Positions 32,820 through 43,900 of a DNA stretch of 64,000 bases are shown in pieces. A program made the translations under genes and the position numbers. The stretch's first letter is position 1. Every line of letters starts with the position of its first letter. Under the pieces are notes generated by a model, which made no database searches, had not been told where the DNA came from, and saw nothing but the letters and a program-made list of their open reading frames with translations. Origin of the DNA: TPA_inf: Saccharomyces (lineage: Eukaryota); contig BK006947.3 in the NCBI GenBank assembly GCA_000146045.2, forward strand, positions 320,001 to 384,000. Direction: 5' to 3'.

Positions 32820-35042
32820 TCATAAATTCGTAAGGTCGTTAGTTCTATCGTAAAAGTGAAAAAGTTTTGAGCCAGTTTTCAAAAACCCGCAGGATCCCAC
32901 TATGTATGGCTTTAAATAATGGTTTTTCACGTGCATCAAGTCCGTACTATCTTCACCACTATAAACTCTTATAGGTGGATTATTCGTTTCGAATGCTGGT
33001 GGCAGTGCCGGTTTGAAAATAATCTTACCTACCCATGGGTGGTCTTCCGTTAACGGTTTGATGCATCTTAATGAGTCTTTGATATATCTTTTCCTTGAAA
33101 CTAGTTGTGTCGCCGGTGCCCACTTCGAATCGTTACTGGATTGATTCTTATTTCCACATTTTAGTGACAATTTCTTTGGAAAATCATGATTTAAACAACC
33201 AGTCACGGAAAAGCTTTTCGTACTGAATATTGTACCGTACTCAACGTCCGCATTCTCATAGCGAGATTCTCTTTCATCCAAATATACCAATCTATTGATG
33301 TCATCATCCTCAACATATCCATCTTCATCATCCTCTTCGTAATTAGCATCGTCTTCGTCTTCGTCATCATCTTCATCTCCATTTACATCTTCATTGCCAC
33401 GGTTTAACTTTTCTTCACGATTCGTACGCTCAGCAGAATTCGAAATAGTTGACCTTCCTGTTCCCTCGTATACCGGTTCAAAATTATTAATTTTCAACAC
33501 TGACCGATCACAGCGCAAAGGATCTATAGGGTTGGAATTCGATCTACTTCTGAAGTTTTCATGGATGGATGTTTGTGCCGTTAAAACAGAATGTGCTGTG
33601 GGAGAAAAAGTGGAAGATAGAACAGAAGTATTGGTATTAGTAGTACTACCATTGTCATCGATTTCTTCTTGAACACTATTCAGTTCCTTCGATCTCATTT
33701 TTTGTCCAATGTCCATATTAGAGTTTTTTCTCGAACTGGAATCTGTTTTAAAGAAATTTCTTAGTTTTGATGTAAATAAGCCACAAAAATCAGTTTGAGA
33801 ACTCTCCCCTGCCAATGAACCAGAGTCATTGGGCCCATTGGAGTCATGACTCGCATCGGATACAGAGGGAGGTAGCAAGCTTAAACTTCTTGATCTTGAT
33901 TTGTTTGTCGGACGTTCGTTGCCGGTGGCCACTTTTGTTACAACAGAAGAGGTGTGTGATCTTCTTAAAAGTAAAGAGTGGGAGCGAGAATCATTTCTAT
34001 CACTATTTTGTCTGCTCTTGTTTTTGTTTTTGTTCTTATTGTGTTGCTTAAATCTTCTTGCCCTCGGATGTCTCCTTCTGGGAACGCTTCTATAGGTGGG
34101 CATTTCCCTCAATTCCAGATCCAAGGACAGGGATATACCCATGTTCAAATACATAGCCCAATAGATCAATTCGTCTACATGAGAAAACTGCACTAGAAAC
34201 TGTTGTCCCTCACAACGCATTCTTAAAACAAAATCTCTAGAGGAATAATCTATAGGCAGACCAACTTTGGCACATTGCAGGGAGTAACTCTTAAAGAGGC
34301 GCTCATCTGATAAAAATTTGTGCTCGTCTCGTGCTATTTCCCCGCATATCCTTTCCTTGTCATATTTATCGAATTGGTAAGTGGATTTCGTCGTGAACGC
34401 ATTTAATAACGACCGAGCCGAATGATGGCGATCGCTAGCAGTTTTGGAATGGTGGGAATGGTCAAACATGTCACCACCACGATAGTTTTTAATATGCCTG
34501 GTTAATGAATCGTCAATAGAATAAAAGTTTATCTGCGTAGAGTTTATTTGAAGAATAAAGTTGTTCCATAATCGAGAAGAAGCATTTTCAAAGGGCGATA
34601 GTTTTTCCATCTTCATAGAAACCACAGTATAGTGTTCTACAGACGGTGTATAACTGGGAGGTTTCACAGAAGTGAGGCACGGACGACAATGCTCATATAT
34701 AGGGTACCTAATGACTTTAGACGGATTCGCAAAATCATAACACGGAGGTTCCACTGGGTACGGATCTATGCAGTAAAGCACGTTTTTGTCAGCAACATCA
34801 ACATCTACTCCGGATTGTGGCTCCACTATTTCGTTCATGATGTTTGTGTTAATGTCTGTTATGCTATCGATATGGTTAAAAGTCACTTTCGGAAGCGGAG
34901 AATCCAGAATAGAATTACTAGTAGTACTGGAACAAAGAAACTCGTCGCCCATGGATATGGATGAGGCTGTCTGTGAAAGCTTCAGCCCCGTACTATCCAT
35001 ACCGTCGTGGTCTATTGTCATTTCAAAGATGCTGGAGGACAT
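32820..35042 (-). CDS. Uncharacterised protein YNL144C (740 aa from the ATG at 35042)
   Basis: The ORF-track entry 32820..35171 starts upstream. The ATG at 35042 gives [16 protein letters not shown].... The protein is S/N-rich with an acidic patch. Confidence 0.75.
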
Positions 35043-36793
35043 TTTCTGAATAGGTCCGTTTATCTCTTCTGCTGTCTGCGAAAACAACGTAAAAAAATAG
35101 TGCTTAGTGTTACTGCCTGTGTAACAACTAGTGCCAAAGTTACAAAGAAACTTCACTAACAGTTTTTGCAATTTACCAAGAAAGCACCAACAAAATAAAT
35201 AAATAGCATGCCTGTATATATTACGAAAAGTCCTTCAACTACGTCTTCCACTTGCTCTATCCCTTGGCGGAAAACAGAATACATGCAAATTTTAGAGAAT
35301 TTTTCAAGATGCCTGCCCCCCACATTTTCTTACTTGATCAAGAGCAGATCTGTTCCTTTGCGCAGGGGGTTGCATGGGGGAGAAACTGGCCGGAAGCAGC
35401 CGAAAGAAAGTTCGCAAAAAGATAATGGGGACAGTATTAGAGAAAACGGCGTGGAGGGGTATGGAGGAAACAGTTAGCATAGGTAACGAAAAACCGCAGC
35501 AAAATAATTCTCTCTTTTTTTCTTTTGACTTAGTTGTGGGACCCGGATCATTCGGTACTGCATCTTATTCCCGTGCCAAGGTCTCTGGGTGTTGCTGATT
35601 TCCGGGTATCCAGAGCTCTATCTGCTTCCGTACCCAGTGAGTGAGCTAAAATAAAAAAGGGGCCTCGGCGGAATTTGAATTCGGGTTACGTTTCCCACGG
35701 AGCCCCGGATAGAAAAGATTAGTTTCAGGTACATGTGTCAAATGAGGATAAATCTCAAACACCCATGTACCGAAAATCGATGTGTTGGTTATATTACAAG
35801 GTTGGAATAGACCACGGTGATAAGACGTGGAATTTTTGACTGACCATGCGACTCTGAAGGTGTTAACCGGAGGAATTCACGTAATTTACATCTCAAGAAC
35901 AGCAGAACAAAGATCGAGTATATGATGAAATTTCGTTTTACATGAATAAAGTCATATTTTAACTCACTGTGCACGGATTAAGGGCTGTGATTTAGTGGGA
36001 CGAGTGGTTCTACACTACTCAAGAAGTCACGCTGTCATTTGATGGAATTACAGTGCTTATTAGGAGCCGTGTAGCTTAGTGTGAATTGATGGAAGCTTTC
36101 GAGTTTCATAGAACATATCTGGTGAATGTATATGAGTTTTTCATTCCTTTTACGAGACGCAACTTTCCGCGGTTACGGAACTGTTGTTTTGTTTTACATC
36201 TTTTCATTTTTCATACATTTTATTGAGGCGTAGAAATGAAATGGGTAGAGCGGCACATGGATGTAACAATCTCCATTATTCACGTCGAGCCGATACCCGC
36301 TTCTGTTGACGCTCTGTTAAGCATAGAACCTACGAGATTTGTGCTAAAGGACGTTGGCAAGGAAGAAAACTATTGTTGATGACAGGATTTATAGCAGTAA
36401 ATATTTTTTTCTTTTTTGCGAAATTATGTACGTTTCTCATCCAAGAAGAATCCTGTTAATATTTAAATTTCTGCTAGTCATTATCATATTGCAATGGCTT
36501 TTATTAGTGAAAGCCACTGTCAACAGTAACTGAGCTACTCCCTCCAATGTTGTCTAACTCTATGCTCTTTTTGGCGTCTGAATGAGCCATAACGAGGGAA
36601 ATAACTGTATCAGGAATACTAACAGAATACAGATTGGATGCACTGGTGCTGGTGAGTTTTCTTTTTCTGATATTATTGGATAATATTTTCAGCTATAGAC
36701 TATCATCATTCAGCATTGGTCACGCTAAAATATACGTTCCATGCATACGTGATAGCCTACTCGGTTGTCAACTTCATTTTATAGGCTGCCTGG

Positions 36794-37010
36794 TCACCGA
36801 TTACCGCCCCGCTCAGCAGGACGGTTTAAGCTTCTGTTCTTGGAAACGACGTAATTCATGTCGGCCATCGAAATCATTCCTGGCTTTGTAATAGTCATAA
36901 TGAACAAGGAATGCTGTCTTGGGTTTTTTTCCCTTTGCGAATACCCGGGCTGCCAAAATAGAAAAGGAACAAATGGTAGGTCTTTAAGATAAGAAAGATA
37001 AGATAAGACA

Positions 37011-37044
<34 letters not shown>

Positions 37045-37186
37045 CCGATAACAAAGAAGAATCCTTCGGTCTCTTCTTACTGCTGTTACTGCTTATCAAG
37101 AGTGTCTGGTAATAGTCAAAGCCAGATAAGATAAGAAATGTAAAATCGACTATTTCCCTCGTAAAAAGCTTCAATTGCTCACGCAT
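36794..37186 (-). CDS. Questionable ORF (130 aa, position of YNL143C) whose reading frame runs through a 42-nt poly(A) tract encoding a Lys run
   Basis: Open frame only. An AAA run of 12 or more codons encodes the Lys run. It lies inside the MEP2 promoter region. Confidence 0.25.
36988..37135 (+). promoter_or_regulatory. Cluster of six GATAAG (GATA-factor; Gln3/Gat1 nitrogen-catabolite-repression) sites flanking a poly(dT) tract in the MEP2 promoter
   Basis: GATAAG occurs at 36988, 36997, 37002, 37125 and 37130, and as CTTATC at 37092. The cluster lies 320-465 bp upstream of the MEP2 ATG. MEP2 is a classical NCR-regulated gene. Confidence 0.75.
37013..37054 (+). repeat. Poly(dT) homopolymer of about 42 nt (poly(dA) on the MEP2-antisense strand)
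   Basis: Uninterrupted T run counted directly from the sequence. Confidence 0.95.
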
Positions 37187-37452
37187 CGACGAATACTAAG
37201 CGGCGTGAAGACCCTGTGCCTTATCAATGAAGTATTCAGTACAAGAGGTGTTCATTCCGAGCCACTTTTCTGCACCATATATAAGCAGTAGTTACACATG
37301 TGCTAACCAAACATCAGTGGGTAGTAATCATTCGTGCTTTCACGTCCTTTCAAATTAAATATCCTTCTTAAATAATAAGTCTGCACAGAGCTTTGAAAGA
37401 AGTTTAGTTTTGTAATATATCATACTTAATATATTACAATACAATATCAACA

Positions 37453-38952
37453 ATGTCTTACAATTTTACAGGTACGCCTACAGGCGAAGGAACGGGTGGT
37501 AACTCGTTGACAACAGATTTGAATACACAATTTGACTTGGCCAACATGGGATGGATCGGTGTGGCTTCAGCAGGTGTGTGGATTATGGTCCCAGGTATCG
37601 GTTTATTATATTCTGGTTTATCCAGGAAAAAGCATGCTTTATCCTTGCTTTGGGCCTCGATGATGGCTTCCGCCGTGTGTATTTTCCAATGGTTTTTCTG
37701 GGGATACTCATTAGCTTTCTCACACAACACTAGAGGTAACGGTTTTATTGGTACCTTGGAATTCTTTGGGTTTCGTAACGTTTTAGGAGCCCCATCTAGT
37801 GTCAGTTCTCTTCCCGATATACTGTTTGCCGTTTACCAAGGTATGTTTGCCGCAGTCACCGGTGCCCTAATGCTAGGTGGTGCCTGCGAGAGGGCAAGGT
37901 TGTTTCCTATGATGGTGTTCTTGTTTTTATGGATGACTATTGTTTATTGTCCTATTGCATGCTGGGTCTGGAATGCCGAGGGTTGGTTGGTCAAATTGGG
38001 TAGCTTGGACTATGCAGGTGGTTTATGTGTCCATTTAACATCTGGACATGGTGGTCTAGTTTACGCTTTGATACTGGGTAAGCGTAATGACCCTGTTACA
38101 CGTAAAGGGATGCCCAAGTACAAACCACATTCCGTCACCTCGGTGGTTTTAGGCACAGTGTTCTTATGGTTTGGTTGGATGTTCTTTAACGGAGGCTCTG
38201 CAGGTAATGCAACTATACGAGCATGGTACTCTATTATGTCCACAAACTTAGCTGCTGCTTGCGGTGGCTTGACATGGATGGTTATCGATTATTTCAGATG
38301 CGGAAGAAAGTGGACTACAGTTGGTTTGTGTTCAGGTATCATCGCTGGCCTAGTGGGTATCACCCCAGCCGCCGGGTTCGTGCCAATCTGGTCAGCCGTT
38401 GTCATTGGTGTGGTTACTGGTGCAGGATGTAACCTTGCTGTTGACTTAAAGAGTCTATTGCGCATCGATGATGGTCTAGATTGTTACTCTATCCATGGTG
38501 TGGGTGGTTGTATTGGTTCTGTATTAACTGGTATCTTTGCTGCAGACTATGTAAATGCCACTGCAGGCTCTTACATTAGTCCAATTGATGGTGGCTGGAT
38601 CAATCATCACTATAAACAAGTTGGTTATCAATTAGCAGGTATATGCGCTGCACTAGCCTGGACTGTTACTGTCACATCTATCTTGCTTCTAACTATGAAT
38701 GCCATTCCATTTTTAAAACTAAGATTAAGTGCTGATGAGGAAGAATTAGGTACCGACGCTGCTCAAATTGGTGAATTTACATACGAGGAATCCACTGCTT
38801 ACATCCCAGAACCAATCAGATCTAAAACATCGGCACAAATGCCACCTCCTCATGAAAACATTGATGATAAGATTGTGGGTAACACAGACGCAGAAAAGAA
38901 TTCTACGCCTTCCGACGCTTCTTCTACTAAGAACACTGACCATATAGTATAA
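37453..38952 (+). CDS. MEP2: High-affinity ammonium permease / ammonium sensor Mep2 (Amt/Mep/Rh family)
   Basis: 499-aa ORF with 11 predicted TM helices and Amt signature motifs (DYAGG, HGGLVYALILGKR, the twin His). Confidence 0.95.
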   Translation: MSYNFTGTPTGEGTGGNSLTTDLNTQFDLANMGWIGVASAGVWIMVPGIGLLYSGLSRKKHALSLLWASMMASAVCIFQWFFWGYSLAFSHNTRGNGFIGTLEFFGFRNVLGAPSSVSSLPDILFAVYQGMFAAVTGALMLGGACERARLFPMMVFLFLWMTIVYCPIACWVWNAEGWLVKLGSLDYAGGLCVHLTSGHGGLVYALILGKRNDPVTRKGMPKYKPHSVTSVVLGTVFLWFGWMFFNGGSAGNATIRAWYSIMSTNLAAACGGLTWMVIDYFRCGRKWTTVGLCSGIIAGLVGITPAAGFVPIWSAVVIGVVTGAGCNLAVDLKSLLRIDDGLDCYSIHGVGGCIGSVLTGIFAADYVNATAGSYISPIDGGWINHHYKQVGYQLAGICAALAWTVTVTSILLLTMNAIPFLKLRLSADEEELGTDAAQIGEFTYEESTAYIPEPIRSKTSAQMPPPHENIDDKIVGNTDAEKNSTPSDASSTKNTDHIV

Positions 38953-39343
38953 TGATATACTCAAGCAGACTATGATTTTATGTTTAATCTTTATGTAACG
39001 CTTCATTTAATAATTTTATTTTTAATATTTGATATATTTTCTTTTTTTGATAACTCCGAATGATGAGGGGAGACGTTAGTATTACTTCTCTTGTCTTATG
39101 TTATTATCATAATCGATGACTTTAACTGTGCACACTATAATATACAGCATCTCCAGAGCATGATAGCAAGAAATTTTCTTTAAGAAAGCCTCTATATACC
39201 CTATATATGCTGTTAACAGGAAAAGAGCACAAGGTTTATTTTGCTTTGGTTGCAAATTTTCATCGCTTATAGAAGACATATTTTGATGTAAAAACCTTGA
39301 TATACTTCCTTTTTGCCTTATCTTTCACTGTTTCCATCTCTTT

Positions 39344-39345
<2 letters not shown>

Positions 39346-39388
<43 letters not shown>

Positions 39389-39389
39389 A
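39346..39389 (+). repeat. Poly(dT) homopolymer of about 44 nt in the AAH1 promoter / MEP2 3' region
   Basis: Uninterrupted T run counted directly; it is preceded by further T-rich sequence. Confidence 0.95.
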
Positions 39390-39595
39390 ATCTTAAAATT
39401 CTCGAAACTGCACTGAAATGGCGCAGGAAACTGACCTCATCGCATGCCAACGAAGATTGAAAAAAATTAACATATAAGGCTTATGAAAGCGACATCTTTT
39501 GCAAATGAATAATTGACAAGCAGGCCTGTGTATTTATAGTTATTTTGAAATAATAACTACCATTAGAACTAACAAAAGAAAAGAAAAAAAAAATA

Positions 39596-40639
39596 ATGGT
39601 TTCTGTGGAGTTTTTACAGGAGTTACCAAAATGTGAGCATCACTTGCATTTGGAAGGTACTCTAGAACCTGACCTATTGTTCCCATTAGCTAAAAGAAAC
39701 GATATAATTCTACCTGAAGGTTTTCCTAAATCGGTCGAGGAATTAAACGAAAAGTATAAGAAGTTTCGTGATCTGCAGGATTTCTTAGATTACTATTATA
39801 TTGGTACTAATGTCTTGATTAGTGAACAAGATTTCTTTGATTTGGCGTGGGCCTATTTTAAAAAAGTTCACAAACAAGGCTTGGTCCATGCTGAAGTGTT
39901 TTACGACCCTCAGTCACATACATCTAGGGGCATCTCCATAGAAACAGTCACTAAAGGTTTCCAAAGAGCTTGTGACAAAGCCTTCTCTGAATTTGGTATT
40001 ACATCCAAGCTAATTATGTGTCTGTTAAGACACATTGAACCAGAGGAATGTTTGAAAACTATCGAAGAAGCTACCCCATTTATTAAAGATGGTACTATCT
40101 CTGCCTTAGGATTAGATTCTGCTGAGAAACCATTTCCCCCACATTTATTTGTTGAATGTTACGGAAAGGCCGCCTCATTGAATAAAGATTTAAAACTAAC
40201 TGCACACGCAGGTGAAGAAGGCCCCGCTCAATTCGTCTCGGATGCTTTAGACTTGTTGCAAGTAACAAGAATCGATCACGGTATCAACAGTCAATACGAC
40301 GAGGAGTTATTGGATAGGTTGTCGCGCGACCAGACCATGCTAACTATTTGTCCTCTCTCCAACGTGAAGCTACAAGTAGTCCAATCCGTTTCAGAGTTAC
40401 CACTACAAAAGTTTCTTGACAGAGATGTTCCATTTTCTTTAAATTCTGATGACCCCGCCTATTTTGGTGGTTATATCTTAGATGTCTACACTCAAGTTTC
40501 GAAAGATTTCCCACACTGGGACCATGAAACATGGGGTCGTATCGCTAAGAACGCCATTAAAGGTTCATGGTGTGACGATAAAAGAAAGAACGGTTTGTTA
40601 AGTAGAGTGGACGAAGTAGTCACTAAATATTCGCATTAG
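39596..40639 (+). CDS. AAH1: Adenine deaminase Aah1 (adenosine/adenine deaminase fold)
   Basis: 347-aa ORF carrying LPKCEHHLHLEG (metal-binding HxH), SLNSDDPAYFG and a deaminase-family C-terminus. Confidence 0.93.
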   Translation: MVSVEFLQELPKCEHHLHLEGTLEPDLLFPLAKRNDIILPEGFPKSVEELNEKYKKFRDLQDFLDYYYIGTNVLISEQDFFDLAWAYFKKVHKQGLVHAEVFYDPQSHTSRGISIETVTKGFQRACDKAFSEFGITSKLIMCLLRHIEPEECLKTIEEATPFIKDGTISALGLDSAEKPFPPHLFVECYGKAASLNKDLKLTAHAGEEGPAQFVSDALDLLQVTRIDHGINSQYDEELLDRLSRDQTMLTICPLSNVKLQVVQSVSELPLQKFLDRDVPFSLNSDDPAYFGGYILDVYTQVSKDFPHWDHETWGRIAKNAIKGSWCDDKRKNGLLSRVDEVVTKYSH

Positions 40640-40923
40640 TACCATTTGCAAGACATTGTATAATATTTTTGTTGAAAGTCTTTTTCGATTCATAAGCGCT
40701 TTTTTGTAAATTTATAACACTATGTGTATGCACAAATTTCATTCGATGTTTTTGATGCTTTTTACATCCCCTTTTGTGTGGGAAAGGATACAATAGAATT
40801 CTACAAACTTATTTGAGTGATTATACGAGCATTAGCTGGACCTTTTGTATTTCACGAGATTACAATTCGGGAACTATCAAAGTACACGTTAAAATTCAGC
40901 TCGGGTATGTTAAGTACTAGTAA

Positions 40924-43900
40924 TTACCTCTGGTACCTACTGACGTAATTCCCACCCTTGGGACCTTGCGGAAGCGCCTGAGTATTGCTCTTTCTATTTC
41001 CGTTGTACCTTTGATTTTCATTGGCTCTATGGGCAGCACCGCTATCTCGTGTATTTCTATAATCTTGCGTTTGAAATTTGTTTCTAATTGTTTCATCCTT
41101 CTTGAATCTTTTATTCGGCTTTTCTTCATTTTCTGAAGGCGAGTCGCGCTTGTAAGATGAAGCTTGGTAAGGGTTGGCTTTGCTGCTGTCTTTGCCCTCT
41201 TGAAATGGCTTTTCAGGAAACCGTAATTGTGAACGTTGTGAACTGTTTTTCTTATACTCTTCACGTAAGCGGTTATCCCTTTGATCAAAACCATCGCCCC
41301 TGTCCGGACCTGTGGGTCTAAGTGCCCTACTTCTATCATTATATGTTTTACTTTTACTAGGTCTAGTTGGTAGTTCTGACCTTTTATGTGCATAACTACT
41401 GATTGGCTTAATATTTTTGGGTGCAGAACGATCATTGCTTGGTCCTCTATAGTTGGAACTACCATAACCATCTTTGCCTCCAGCATTTCCGCTGTACCTA
41501 CTTGATCTTTTGGTATATTCAGGAGCAGCAGCTTCAGAATATGAGCTAGTCGTATCTGGGTATGGCTCGCGCGAGATATTTTTAATATACCTTTTAAGCG
41601 AATCAATTTTTTCTGCAAAATCTGGATTTTGAGGATTTTGAATGAGTGTCCTAAAGTACCTTTCGAATATTTCCAAAGTCGAATTTCTAAAGTCGAATAT
41701 TGGCATATTTTGCTTAGATAATTTCCTTAAATTCCGAGTTTCATCGTCGTTCTCTACTAAGGAAATTGCCTTTTGTAAATGGTTCGTGGCCAAATAATGG
41801 TTTATATCGTCGACGTGCCTGGTGACTTTGGAATATGACCATTGACTACTAGAAGGTTTTGTTGGGATTACAGGCTCATTACGAGAATAAGTATATCTAT
41901 CCTTGCTATTTAATCCAGCACTGCCGCTTGCAACACTTTTGGGTGGATCATTTTGAAGTCTTTGCGACTTATTAAGCTCTAACTGCTTTCTTAAAGCTAC
42001 TTGCTTTTGTTCATTTTGGCAAGCTGTTTCATAATTTTTGATCTCTTCTAATTCCATTTCACGTATTCTCTTTTGTTCAGCTTCCTCTTCAGTTAAGGTG
42101 CAGAATTCGTCCAATTCTAAAGCGTCCTTCAAACGCGCTTTCAAATGGCCAATCAATGCGCTGCTTGGTAGTTTAATATCCTCCCTTTCTTCATTTATCA
42201 AGTTTTCCTCTAAAGTTGTGTAAACCAACTGGATATGAGCTTTCACTACAGGGAAGACACTAGTGACGTGCTTCATGAATTCAATACCGTTTCTAATTGA
42301 CATGTAATTTTTTTCGGATAAAAGGTCAATGACTTGCTCGGTAATTACTGAATGCCATTCATAAAGCTTTCGAGAAGCTTGGTCGTTGAAATCGCCATTT
42401 AATCTCATTTTTTCAAGCTTTTTAAGAACGTCAGTGAAAAACAGACCTAAATTGCCTGCTTCAGAGCTAGTACAACAGAACAGCAACGTTTTTAAAATAT
42501 TTGATGTAATACAAGTATTCAATATCGACATCAAATTTTCTGTCCTAAAAGCCATAAAGATAAAAAACGAAGAGAAGAGAGCATCTGAAGGAGAAAATAA
42601 AACCCTTGGCACAACACAATTCTGCAAGAATATCTTAATTTGATCTTCCCCGCAGTCTTTGTTCCAGACATTTGATTTTTCAGATATAAATTCTGAAGTT
42701 TTCTTGAAGGCTCTTTGATGCGAAATTCCAGTAACCAAAATATCCTTGATTTGATTCTGAATCAGGTGTTTTTTTCTATTTGACATGTGGCCCGTGTTTT
42801 CTCCGGATAGTGCATTCTTACGCTCGTCATATAGTGATTTATCGAAATGGATATCGTATAATGAAAGTCTCCAAAAAGTAGTGAAAAGATCCTTTGATAT
42901 TTTCGTTAAATCAACATCGCTAAACTCTGCACCTTCAATTAATTCATCAATAGAAAAATTCTCATTTGAGTTCAATTGATTATCCAAGTAGTCTCTCCAT
43001 ATGTGGAAAGTCCACGGTGTCGATAAATGGAACCTATTATTCAATTCTACAAATGGGAGAACATTCTCTTCAAATGCTTTCCCTTTCAAACAATGTTTAA
43101 TTAACTCAATAAACGACCATAACAATGTATTCATTTCATCGCATCTAGTGGATAAAATTTTGTAATGAGAATTTTGCGTATTTGCTTTCAGGTTTAAAGT
43201 GTATAACAGGAGAATAATCTCAGAAATAGCGCTCTGATCAGTGAAAAATGAGGTTAGCCTCGACGAAATAACCGAATTATCATCTCTAAAATCATATATG
43301 AGATGTCTTGCATATTGCTTTAATGGTGATCCTGAGTTTAACATTAATAGTTGCTTCATATTAACTTCGTTTAAGTCTCTAATGCCCCCGACTGTAATAA
43401 TTAATTCCTTTAGGATAGAAACTGCTATGATATTCCCATTATGCAACGTCTTTAAAATATAGGTGATTATATTTGAGATATCCATATTGGGACAATTTTT
43501 GGCCAAACCTGCAATAAATATTGATAATCTCTGGACCCACATGGCCTGGTTAACACCATCAAATTGAACAGCAGGCCTGTTATAAGTTAAGCGTAACAAT
43601 AATACAAATTGCAATACATCATACGCAAAATCGTTAAAGTACTTCGTGGTGTAAACAACAAGCTCAGAAACTTTGTCATAGTTTTCAATCTGCTTAACTG
43701 CTGGTACCAGTGAGGCCAATGGATTTGTAGAGATTAATTTGGCAAATCTCCTGGACTCTTTTGCGATTGTATCTATACTCAAAGCCTTCAAAATACTCTT
43801 CGCTTCTCTTTCGGCCTTATTGAAGCTCACCTTAAGCGGTAGAATATCTTGGGATAATTTCGTCATCATTTCGTTGTAAATAAAATATCTTTTTTCAAAA

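Noticed and set aside
40917-41618. 233-aa minus-strand ORF overlapping the THO2 3' end in another frame (position of the dubious ORF YNL140C)
   Set aside because: It is entirely embedded in the well-supported THO2 coding sequence, and the sequence shows no independent signal. I treat it as a dubious overlapping ORF.
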